From a virus (lineage: Duplodnaviria; Caudoviricetes), in IMG/VR virus record IMGVR_UViG_3300020195_000158, positions 1-24,971 of that record: DNA of 24,971 nt; one strand, 5' to 3'. Below are positions 1 through 7,710 of the stretch, piece after piece. Numbering within the stretch: the stretch's first letter is position 1; every line of letters begins with the position of its first letter. Made by a program: the position numbers and the translations under genes. A model generated the notes under the pieces. The model ran no database searches, was not told where the DNA came from, and saw only the letters and a program-made list of their open reading frames with translations.

Positions 1-3000
1 CCCGCCCCACCGCCCCCGGCGTTCAAACCTGCGAGCCCGGTTACGCCTGCGGCTGAGCCGTCACTGCCCGCAGAACCAGCAATGCCCGTGTTCCAGTTCC
101 CGCCCGCAACAGCGGCACCACCAGCACCACCGATTGCGCCTGTCCCGCCACCACCGCCGCCGAGGGTAAAGAAGTTTGCGATTGTGAACAGCGCACCGAA
201 CGACGTTGCGGTCGGCATCGTCGCCGCCGCGGCCCCGTCCGTGCTGTTCGCTGTTGGTGCTGCACCGCCAGCACCACCGGCGGGGATCGTGACTGTCTCA
301 GTCGCACCGACTTGCGACGCAGCGAAGATCGTCTCGGAGAATCCACCGGCCGAACCGCCGCCACCGCCGCCTCGGATACTGGCGGCGGCACCCCGACGAC
401 CGGACCCGCCACCCGAACCAGCAGAGATCACCATGACCCGCACCGCGGTCGCGCCCGGCGGTTTCACGTACTGACCTGACGCCGTGAACACCTGCACATC
501 GGTCGCCCGGATCGGTGCCTGAACCTCGAGCTTCGCGGCGACGATGTTCGCCATCGCCCGGGCCCCCAAAGCGTTCGGGTGCAGGCTTGAAGCAGTGTTC
601 ACCAGCGATGCAGCCGGGGTTCCGAGACCGTCGTAGATGTTCACGAACGCGGCACCCGCCGCAGCGGCCGCATCACGAATCGCGATCACATACGGTTCGA
701 ACGGCACGACCGGTGCGTTCGAGTCGGCGTCGGGGTATTCCCACATCGCGACGAACACAAACGATGGGGTGCCCGAGATCGCGCCGTCGTAGGCGACGGC
801 AGCGTCGATAAAGTTCTGTCTCAACGTCGCGGCAGATACCGAGAAGTCTGGGTCGTTGACGCCGTAACAGAGGAACACAACATCCGGGCTGATGAGCGTC
901 ACATGCCCGAGCTCGGGTGCGGCTGGAATCCACGACGGCGCCGCCGACCGGCCTCCCGCCCACAGTTGCACACCCGTCGTGTAGTTCCCGAGGAACGGCA
1001 TCATCCCCGCGATGTTCTGCGAGAACGTCGGCACAGGTTTCGCCGAACCAGTGTTGATGGTCGTGACCCGCACAACCTTCGCGCCTTGTGTGAGCGCACC
1101 CGAATCCCATACCGCCGCGGTCGGTCCTGCTGCGGCCTGGTATGCGTCGACCGTCGCGATCAGTGTGCCGTCGATACGAACCTCGAACGCCCCGACTCCT
1201 GAGCCCTTGTTGTAGAAGATGTTCACCCGGTCACAGACCGTGGAGGGCCACTCACGGAAGTTCGTTGAACCCGACGCCGATAGCCACGAACGCCGTCCGA
1301 GACCATCATCGCCGAGAGTGCCAGCGTCGCCAGTCATCCCCAAGAAGTTCGCGGTGCCGGTGTAACGGCCAGGTTGCGAACCGCCGTTACCGGCCGACAC
1401 CCCAGCGGCGAGAGCAACGTCGTCTTTCACCTTGTGGATGAACCTGTCAGCGATGACGGTCAGACCGACACCTTCGACGATTGAGTCACCAACGAACATC
1501 ATCCGCAACGGTGCCGTCCCAGCGATCGCGAGACGTTCCTTGAAGTACCGGAGCGGGATGTCGTAACGACGGTCGGTCTCGTCGCGAACCTCAGCGATCG
1601 CAGCCTGAACAGTTGTAGCGGCGATCGTCCCATCTGCCACGAACGAGATAGCCGACGCGGCGTGCGCTGCGGTCGCGTCTGCCTCATGGGCGGCGAGCGC
1701 CGTCGAAGCGGTCAGTTCGGCGGCGGTCTGGGTAGCCGCATGGCTCGAACCCGAGTGGGTGGCATCCACTGTCGGAGAAGCCCACGTGCCGCCCAGTTCG
1801 CCGCCGGGGGTTGTACCCACCACAATCTCTGCGGACAACCCGCCGTTAGCTGTACCCACCAAAAAATCAGCGGTTGACGGGGCGCCACCACCAGCGGCCT
1901 CATCACGAACTTCCACGATCGCAGCCTGGACATTCGTCGCAGAGATCGACCCGTCCGGGGTGAACGCGATCGCCGTAGCAGCATGCGCCCCCGTCGCGGC
2001 CCCCGTGTGGCCGGCGATGATCGACGCGAACACAAGCACCGTTGTACCGACAGTGATCGTCGTGTCGTTCGTGTTCACAAACTGGGCGTCAGCGTTGGCT
2101 GTCCCCTCACGCACCGGAACAATGCACGCCCGCAACACGGCATCCGTGTTCGCGTCACCTGTACGGGTCGGGGCACCCGACACGTTCACCGTGTAAATCC
2201 CGTTCTCTGCACCCGCCGACTGATCCTTGATCAGGATGCGGTCCCCGGTTGCGAGGACGACACCGTCGATCGTGTCGCCGTTCTCGAAATCTGTGGCGAG
2301 TGTCAACGCCGCAGTCGTCGCCGCACGGACATGCTGCTTCCATGTGGCAACAACAGGCACAGACGGGACAGCCGTCGTAACGGCAGTGAGACGCCCATCA
2401 GCGTCGACAGTCACAACGGGGATCAGCGCCGTACCGCCGTACGTGTTCGCAACAACCGCCGTCGCCTGAAGTTCGGTCGGCCCCACCGAGTTCGCGGCGA
2501 ACGTCGGATTCGGGTACGTCCCAGTCAACGACCCGCCCGCTGCACCACCCGGAGCGACACCAGCGATCGTCACATTCCCGGCGTTCGTGACACGGCCATC
2601 AGCGTCAACGATGATCGTCCCCGACTGCGTCGCAGACCCGTACGTACCGGGGGTGACAGCCGTCGATGCGAGCTCAGTCGGGCCGACAGCACCAGTCGCG
2701 ATCAAGACGTTCGCTTCACCAGTCGGCGATTCCGTGACCAAAAACTGCGACGAGAAATCAAGAGTGCCGGCATTCGAGACGACAGTCGTGTCGTTGTTCT
2801 GGACAACAATCGTCCCTGCCCCACCGCCGCCACCGGCGATGGTCACAGTCGCGACCCCGGAACCACCATCAGTCGCGACAACACCCGCCCCCACAAAGTT
2901 GAGAGTGGTTGCGGTGTTCACCGCGGCACCCTCATCGGTCACCGCGACCGACGCACCAGTCCCAGCCGCGCCTTGCGGGCCGACCTGCTGCATCGTCACC

Positions 3001-3047
3001 TTGATCACATCAGCATTAACGATCGTGACTGTCGCCCGTTCACTCAT
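1..3047 (-). CDS. Tail fibre / receptor-binding protein with SGNH hydrolase and glycine-rich domains (3' partial, >1015 aa)
   Basis: Hand-translated; ATG 3047 overlaps the upstream TGA (ATGA) and I found no stop down to position 1. MSERATVTIV...QVGPQG, fibre repeats, WKQHVRAATT...TIDGVVLATGDRILIKDQ...ENGIY fibre domain, SGNH blocks FVGDS / PDVVFLCYGVND / LHPN, then VQVFTASGQYVKPPGATAVRVMVISAGSGGGSG Gly-rich domain. Confidence 0.88.
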   Translation of the reverse strand, partial: MSERATVTIVNADVIKVTMQQVGPQGAAGTGASVAVTDEGAAVNTATTLNFVGAGVVATDGGSGVATVTIAGGGGGAGTIVVQNNDTTVVSNAGTLDFSSQFLVTESPTGEANVLIATGAVGPTELASTAVTPGTYGSATQSGTIIVDADGRVTNAGNVTIAGVAPGGAAGGSLTGTYPNPTFAANSVGPTELQATAVVANTYGGTALIPVVTVDADGRLTAVTTAVPSVPVVATWKQHVRAATTAALTLATDFENGDTIDGVVLATGDRILIKDQSAGAENGIYTVNVSGAPTRTGDANTDAVLRACIVPVREGTANADAQFVNTNDTTITVGTTVLVFASIIAGHTGAATGAHAATAIAFTPDGSISATNVQAAIVEVRDEAAGGGAPSTADFLVGTANGGLSAEIVVGTTPGGELGGTWASPTVDATHSGSSHAATQTAAELTASTALAAHEADATAAHAASAISFVADGTIAATTVQAAIAEVRDETDRRYDIPLRYFKERLAIAGTAPLRMMFVGDSIVEGVGLTVIADRFIHKVKDDVALAAGVSAGNGGSQPGRYTGTANFLGMTGDAGTLGDDGLGRRSWLSASGSTNFREWPSTVCDRVNIFYNKGSGVGAFEVRIDGTLIATVDAYQAAAGPTAAVWDSGALTQGAKVVRVTTINTGSAKPVPTFSQNIAGMMPFLGNYTTGVQLWAGGRSAAPSWIPAAPELGHVTLISPDVVFLCYGVNDPDFSVSAATLRQNFIDAAVAYDGAISGTPSFVFVAMWEYPDADSNAPVVPFEPYVIAIRDAAAAAGAAFVNIYDGLGTPAASLVNTASSLHPNALGARAMANIVAAKLEVQAPIRATDVQVFTASGQYVKPPGATAVRVMVISAGSGGGSGRRGAAASIRGGGGGGSAGGFSETIFAASQVGATETVTIPAGGAGGAAPTANSTDGAAAATMPTATSFGALFTIANFFTLGGGGGGTGAIGGAGGAAVAGGNWNTGIAGSAGSDGSAAGVTGLAGLNAGGGGA
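1578..1985 (-). repeat. Two 29-aa repeats in the tail fibre (1899-1985 and 1578-1664)
   Basis: HAATAIAFTPDGSISATNVQAAIVEVRDE versus HAASAISFVADGTIAATTVQAAIAEVRDE. Confidence 0.85.
2385..2687 (-). repeat. Two 34-aa repeats in the tail fibre (2586-2687 and 2385-2486)
   Basis: VGPTELASTAVTPGTYGSATQSGTIIVDADGRVT versus VGPTELQATAVVANTYGGTALIPVVTVDADGRLT; resembles the common GTY...VDxxGRxT fibre shaft repeat. Confidence 0.85.
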
Positions 3048-3385
3048 CGCGTCACTTCCCCCGAAACAGTAAACGGACCCTCAATGATGCGAGTGATCGC
3101 ACCACCCGACGACTCGATCTCCAAGTCGTACACATACCCGCCCGCCAAAATCGACCCGGACTGCGCCGCCGAAATCGTCGCAGTGACCGTCCCCGACGAC
3201 AAGACAAGGCCACCCGACGGAGACGTCAACGACAAGACCGTCCCCGCCGACGTCTTCGACTCACGCACCATCAGCCGCGCCGAATAGCCCGACAAGTTCA
3301 GGGTGCCCGCCGACGTTGCCGGCACCACACCACGCACATACGTGGCTCCCTGATCAACCTCGAAGGCGTACAGCCCAGCACTCAC
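3044..3385 (-). CDS. BppU-N-like beta-sandwich virion protein (fibre adaptor), 113 aa
   Basis: GTG 3385 after GGAGG; motifs VDQGATY, LSGYSARLMVR and YVYDLEIESSGGAITRIIEGPFTVSGEVTR typical of small phage Ig-like adaptor proteins; coupled to the fibre gene. Confidence 0.7.
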   Translation of the reverse strand: MSAGLYAFEVDQGATYVRGVVPATSAGTLNLSGYSARLMVRESKTSAGTVLSLTSPSGGLVLSSGTVTATISAAQSGSILAGGYVYDLEIESSGGAITRIIEGPFTVSGEVTR

Positions 3386-3393
3386 AACGCCTC

Positions 3394-3459
3394 CTAGATG
3401 GCCCGGACCAGAAACACGATCAACAACACAACAAGCACAACGATCAGGATTTCGATCAT
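3394..3459 (-). CDS. 21-aa single-transmembrane micro-protein
   Basis: MIEILIVVLVVLLIVFLVRAI; ATG overlaps the holin stop (TGATG); its TAG runs into the next SD. Confidence 0.55.
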   Translation of the reverse strand: MIEILIVVLVVLLIVFLVRAI

Positions 3460-3626
3460 CAGGCCTCGTTCGGTGCGGCCCACACACCAAGCGCAATCGC
3501 GAGCGCAGTTGCGCCAGCGATCCACTCGGTCGCGGTGAGCGCCGACGGGGCAGACCCGACAACCAACGTTGCCCAACCAACAGCGCCCACAACGAGCGCA
3601 GTGACAGTCTTCCGGTACTTAGCCAT
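3459..3626 (-). CDS. Putative holin, 55 aa, two TM helices (not in ORF track)
   Basis: MAKYRKTVTALVVGAVGWATLVVGSAPSALTATEWIAGATALAIALGVWAAPNEA; YxK...TxxEW...LGVW/YxxPN pattern of small actinophage holins; TGATG coupling at both ends. Confidence 0.7.
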   Translation of the reverse strand: MAKYRKTVTALVVGAVGWATLVVGSAPSALTATEWIAGATALAIALGVWAAPNEA

Positions 3627-4048
3627 CAGTTACCTTCTTTCGTTTCTCTGAATAGAAGCAATGCGATCAGGGCATACGACGCCAGGTCGAGCAGGCTGTC
3701 CTCAACGCCTTCGTTGCGTAGGGTGCCGGTCTCAGCGAACAGTTGCAGCCGGCGGATCTTGTCCGAGGCGCGCACCATCGCAGCGACCCACGGTTCAACA
3801 CCCCACGCCGCACCCGCCCGAACATTCGCGTACGGGTCAGACGTCGCGCCGTAATCAGCGTTCTTCGTTTCGTGCATCACGGCGAGCTCATCGAGCGCCG
3901 CATGGAAACGGATGTCGCCACCAAGCACACCCGACACCAACTCGTCGGGCAACTCCTCGAGCGCCCCCGAAAGTTTCTCTCGGGCCAGATCAGGGAACCC
4001 CAACACCATGAGGTCGTGGGCTTCGGCCAGGGTTTGCCGGTCAGTCAC
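3626..4048 (-). CDS. DUF1599 / nucleotide-modification-associated domain 1 (Nmad1)-like all-alpha protein
   Basis: KNADYG...N...RASDKIRRL...EGVEDSLLDLASYALI signature; start GTG 4048 chosen from GTGA overlap. Confidence 0.75.
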   Translation of the reverse strand: MTDRQTLAEAHDLMVLGFPDLAREKLSGALEELPDELVSGVLGGDIRFHAALDELAVMHETKNADYGATSDPYANVRAGAAWGVEPWVAAMVRASDKIRRLQLFAETGTLRNEGVEDSLLDLASYALIALLLFRETKEGN

Positions 4049-4239
4049 TCCACTCCTTCGCTTCCATAACAAGGGGTCATGTCACCAGAGAGGATCTGCT
4101 TCGTCCGGGTGAACACGTCTTGGAAATAGACACCGGCCTGCGGGTTGTCTGGATGCGCGAACGTCGACCGGCGGCCCGTACGGATATCCGCGACGATGCG
4201 TTGCGCGTCTCGTTCGACGGCTTCCCAACGGCCACTCAC
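4045..4239 (-). CDS. Hypothetical protein, 64 aa
   Basis: Fills the gap with GTGA overlaps on both sides. Confidence 0.55.
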   Translation of the reverse strand: MSGRWEAVERDAQRIVADIRTGRRSTFAHPDNPQAGVYFQDVFTRTKQILSGDMTPCYGSEGVE

Positions 4240-4427
4240 GGGATCTCCGTCCGCCCACAATCAGGGCAGTACTGCAAGCACGCCACGAACCACGCCACGT
4301 CATCCATGTCGACCGCCAACGTCACCTTCTCCGCTGAAGGCAACATACAGATGTCGCACCACACCAACGGCTCCACGTCGGTGAGCCGAGTCACTTTCAA
4401 CTGGGCGATCACACGACGCGACGGCAT
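4236..4427 (-). CDS. Small Cys-rich putative zinc-binding protein
   Basis: WCDIC ... CLQYCPDCG; coupled to neighbours. Confidence 0.6.
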   Translation of the reverse strand: MPSRRVIAQLKVTRLTDVEPLVWCDICMLPSAEKVTLAVDMDDVAWFVACLQYCPDCGRTEIP

Positions 4428-4618
4428 CAGTCGTCCTCATCGGAACGGTCAGCACACAACCATTGTTCCTGCCACGAACTCGCGTCGATCAGCATCCCGA
4501 GTGCCTCATGATCAGACACGTCGGGGCCGTAATCGACACGCAACAACCATCCGTCGCCGTCACGGTCCAAGATCACAGACACGATCCGCACGTCAGGGTC
4601 GTCGGGCATTCCGTCCAT
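4427..4618 (-). CDS. Hypothetical acidic protein, 63 aa
   Basis: TGATG overlaps on both sides. Confidence 0.6.
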   Translation of the reverse strand: MDGMPDDPDVRIVSVILDRDGDGWLLRVDYGPDVSDHEALGMLIDASSWQEQWLCADRSDEDD

Positions 4619-5949
4619 CAGACCGGCTTCCCACGAAGGACGGCCTCGCCGTCGTAGACAGCAACAGCTTCATACGCGAACCGGCCGTTACCAGGCTCGA
4701 ACGTCACGACCGCATAACCTTGCTGCCAGTTCTCAACCGCAGGGACAGGCCGGCCGAACGGGTCGGTGCTTCCCTTCGTGCTTGGAACTGTCCCATCAAT
4801 GCGGCACAGACACCCAGGGCTGGCCGCAAACGAATGCTTCGCTGTGATGTTCCCCGGTGCCGAATCCGAATACACCCGCCGGGTCTTCGACGAGTACTCC
4901 ATCCGGTGAACGTGGCCGAAGATGACACTCACACGTTCATCGTCGATCACTGCCGCCGCCGTCGAACCATTCGACCGGACCTTCGACCCGTGAACACACG
5001 CAAGGTTCTCGTTGATCCAAGTGATACCCGCCGGATACCCGCCGATGTACTGCACGCCGAGCTCATCGAGGCGCAACAGGTGCGGCAACGACATGACCGG
5101 CCACGACTCCGGGGTCGTACCTGCCTGCCGCAACCCGAACGATGCTTTAGCGTTCCGGATCACTGACAGCTGCAACCGGCGGTCATGGTTACCTTCGATG
5201 TACCGGATCTCCGCATCCGGTGCCGTTGCCCGCAGTTCAGCGAGAAACAAATGCAGCCGGTCCAGTGCCGCCTGCGTCGTCATCGCGAAGCCGGGTTCCT
5301 GATCGAACCTCGAGTGTTCCGGCATGTCGAGCATGTCGCCGAGCAGCACGATCAGCGACGGCTTCAACTGTTTCGCCGCACGCAGCGTTGCCGCTAGCGC
5401 CTTCTCGTCATGGAACGAATCCAGCACCCCGGTATCAACGTCGCGCCAGTATCCGACCTGCGCGTCGGGAAGGATGAGGGCCGTCTGCCACTGTTCCACG
5501 TCTCGCGGAACAGCCCGTTTCGTGGAACGGACAACAGTCGGAGCGGCCTGCTGCACAACCGGCCACGCCGGCCCCGAATCCCACGCCGGGGTAAGCACAA
5601 TGCTCGCACCCGACAGATCATGGATCTGTGCTTCGCCGTCAGCGTCTTTCGTGAGTGACTGCCACTCCGAGAACCGTAACGACTTCACCTCACCAATGTC
5701 GTCGGCTGAGATTCCCTTCGCGTCGAGTAGGTCAGCGAGCTTGCCGAGGCGGTCCTGTACCCGTTCGATGGCCTCATGGTCAGAGTTCTTGTACAGGTAG
5801 TTTCCGAGATCCTTCGCGGACACACCAAGCTTCCCGAGCTCCGGCATGTTCTTCGAGATACGGTCCGGGCCCCACCCTTTCAGGCGGTGCTTACGGACCT
5901 GTTCCAGCATCTTCGCGGGGATGCGTTCGGGCAGGGGAAGTCCAGGCAA
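4618..5949 (-). CDS. Calcineurin-like metallophosphoesterase with N-terminal helical (HTH-like) extension
   Basis: Motifs ILPDAQ (DxH variant), LLGDMLD, EGNHD, VHG, FGHVH. TTG 5949 is 6 nt after GGAGG (track start 5955 has zero spacing). Confidence 0.88.
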   Translation of the reverse strand: MPGLPLPERIPAKMLEQVRKHRLKGWGPDRISKNMPELGKLGVSAKDLGNYLYKNSDHEAIERVQDRLGKLADLLDAKGISADDIGEVKSLRFSEWQSLTKDADGEAQIHDLSGASIVLTPAWDSGPAWPVVQQAAPTVVRSTKRAVPRDVEQWQTALILPDAQVGYWRDVDTGVLDSFHDEKALAATLRAAKQLKPSLIVLLGDMLDMPEHSRFDQEPGFAMTTQAALDRLHLFLAELRATAPDAEIRYIEGNHDRRLQLSVIRNAKASFGLRQAGTTPESWPVMSLPHLLRLDELGVQYIGGYPAGITWINENLACVHGSKVRSNGSTAAAVIDDERVSVIFGHVHRMEYSSKTRRVYSDSAPGNITAKHSFAASPGCLCRIDGTVPSTKGSTDPFGRPVPAVENWQQGYAVVTFEPGNGRFAYEAVAVYDGEAVLRGKPV

Positions 5950-6012
5950 AACCAACCTCCATGTCGGTTTCAGGTGGGCCAGGTTGGTACGGCCGTGAGG
6001 TCCGTTCAGGGA

Positions 6013-6300
6013 TCAGGGAAGTGCTTTGACCATCTCGCGCAGCTCACGGATCGCTATATCAATTTGGTCGGCACGCCGGGAGGAACTGTCGAAGTTCCGT
6101 TGATCCTGTTCCGTATGCGACAACAGGTCGGTTCTCACGGCTAGAAGGTCGACGCCTTGATTCTCGACGTGTTCACCGATCGTCGACCCGTGATTCGTGC
6201 GGATCTTGCGGGCGTTGTGAAGCGAAGCAGCCGCGGCGATCGTCGCAGGGATCGCGACCAGCACACTCGGTAACACGATGTTCAGATCCAAGTCGATCAT
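6013..6300 (-). CDS. Lysis-cassette membrane protein (single N-terminal TM plus coiled coil)
   Basis: Hydrophobic IVLPSVLVAIPATIAAAASL, NHGS motif, helical C-terminus; ATGA overlap with endolysin. Confidence 0.65.
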   Translation of the reverse strand: MIDLDLNIVLPSVLVAIPATIAAAASLHNARKIRTNHGSTIGEHVENQGVDLLAVRTDLLSHTEQDQRNFDSSSRRADQIDIAIRELREMVKALP

Positions 6301-7169
6301 TTCGGCACCGGAAGTAGCTCAGTTCCCCACTTCGGGGCGTTGTGCCACGTGTGGCCCGGCTGACCGAGGCTGCCAGTCCAACCCACCTCGATCTGGTTTT
6401 CTGTGCCGTGCAATTCCTTCGTGCGCGCAACGATCGTCGCACCTTCAGCGAGCCGGTAGCCGGGCTGGCCCGCAACAGCGTTCACGTCTTCGGCGTTCCA
6501 CTTGCCGCCGGCATACCAGATGTGCGCTAGGCGACCATCTGTGGCCCGGGTGAAGTAGTGGGATGCACCTTGGAACATGACATGAGCATTCATTGTGGGT
6601 TCTGCCTCCTGCGCTGCTTTGCGTTGACGGGCGAACTCGGTGATCGCCGCCCAGTTGATCTGGTCACCAGGCAGCCCAACTGCCCGTGTCCACTGCTCGG
6701 TCGTGATGTAGTCGTGATGCATCACCGACTGGATCAGTGAACGGTGTGTGATGAACCCACGCCACCCCGCGAACTCTGAGACGCGTTGCGACGAGTCGTA
6801 GAACGACAGTGGGATTCCGTGCTCAGTGTTCAACCAGCGGGCGATACGGCCCAGCCAGTCAAGTTGCGACCCGGTCGCGATGTTGTCGGGCTGCGGTCCG
6901 TCCTGCGGTTCGTAGTATTCGATTTCGATACCAGGGCCGACGTCGTTCCATTCGCCGCTATCAAAGTTCAACGCGTCGACCGGGGCGAACTGTGTCGGCA
7001 CCCCCGACCGGGGAATCAGGAACTGGAAGAACCCACGCTTACCGATCGGGGCGCTGTTCACACCGACGGTGTAGTGAACCTTCACGGCTTCCATGCGGTT
7101 CCGGCCACGGCCGTAGTTCGCGAGTTCGCCGGGGTCGCGTATGAGTCCCGGCATCCAAATGTCAGCCAT
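6297..7169 (-). CDS. Endolysin: Amidase_2-type N-acetylmuramoyl-L-alanine amidase plus C-terminal beta-propeller-blade (lectin-like) domain
   Basis: VKVHYT, GIEIE, ITHR, HHD Zn/catalytic pattern; ATG 7169 after GAGGA; follows tail genes. The usual AWHAG segment reads NFDSG. Confidence 0.8.
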   Translation of the reverse strand: MADIWMPGLIRDPGELANYGRGRNRMEAVKVHYTVGVNSAPIGKRGFFQFLIPRSGVPTQFAPVDALNFDSGEWNDVGPGIEIEYYEPQDGPQPDNIATGSQLDWLGRIARWLNTEHGIPLSFYDSSQRVSEFAGWRGFITHRSLIQSVMHHDYITTEQWTRAVGLPGDQINWAAITEFARQRKAAQEAEPTMNAHVMFQGASHYFTRATDGRLAHIWYAGGKWNAEDVNAVAGQPGYRLAEGATIVARTKELHGTENQIEVGWTGSLGQPGHTWHNAPKWGTELLPVPK

Positions 7170-7179
7170 CAGTCCATCC

Positions 7180-7710
7180 TCACGTCGCCATCCAGACAGC
7201 CCAGAACTCGGGGGAACGGTTCGCGTTCGCTGTCGAGTTGATCGCACCACCCGACGACTGAAACGCGATGAGTTCCACATAGTCGGCTGCCGACAACCGG
7301 TACAGGGTCGTTACTTCAAGGTTCGGGCTGTTCGCCGCGCCACCAATGATCCCCTGCGACGCGATCTCAGTCGCACCATTCAACCTGATACGTGCGATAC
7401 GTTCACCGTTCGCCGCTCCGGCAAACGCCAGGTTGCCGCCGATCAGCCACAACCCGGCGGCACCCGCCGGTACGGTGAGTCGTGTCGGGTTCACTGACGT
7501 TGAGTGCATACCAGCCACGTCGAACCGCTCAGAGTCGAACGTCTGAGCAGTCAACGTAGCGTCCGCGATCGACACGTTCGCTGAGTGAAACACCCGACAT
7601 GACGGCTTATCTGTCCCCAACCAAGCGAGGTTGTCGCGGACATGCGTGTTGAACGTCGATGCTGGGGGCACCTCGGCAGTGACCCACGTACGCGGTGCAG
7701 TCCAGGGCAT
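7180..7710 (-). CDS. Minor tail protein with C1q/TNF-like C-terminal domain
   Basis: MPWTAPRTW...FNTHVRDNL N-terminus typical of actinophage minor tail proteins; FDSERFD...RLTVP...AGLW...DYVEL jelly-roll pattern. Confidence 0.75.
   Translation of the reverse strand: MPWTAPRTWVTAEVPPASTFNTHVRDNLAWLGTDKPSCRVFHSANVSIADATLTAQTFDSERFDVAGMHSTSVNPTRLTVPAGAAGLWLIGGNLAFAGAANGERIARIRLNGATEIASQGIIGGAANSPNLEVTTLYRLSAADYVELIAFQSSGGAINSTANANRSPEFWAVWMAT

Noticed and set aside
1-3047. Diversity-generating retroelement or invertible fibre cassette
   Set aside because: Repeats are diverged in-frame protein repeats without adenine-specific differences; no reverse transcriptase or invertase in the window.
82-3287. 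Plus-strand ORFs including the Pro-rich 82-474 and the 434-aa 1983-3287
   Set aside because: Reverse-complement artefacts of the Gly/Ala/Thr-rich fibre gene on the minus strand.
3386-3592. N-terminal extensions of track ORFs 3044-3592 and 3394-3576
   Set aside because: Region is better explained by the holin; SD and overlap-supported starts are at 3385 and 3459.
4120-5166. 348-aa plus-strand ORF (likewise 18463-19650, 21608-22648, 12784-13587)
   Set aside because: Opposite well-supported minus-strand genes; low-complexity Arg-rich translations.
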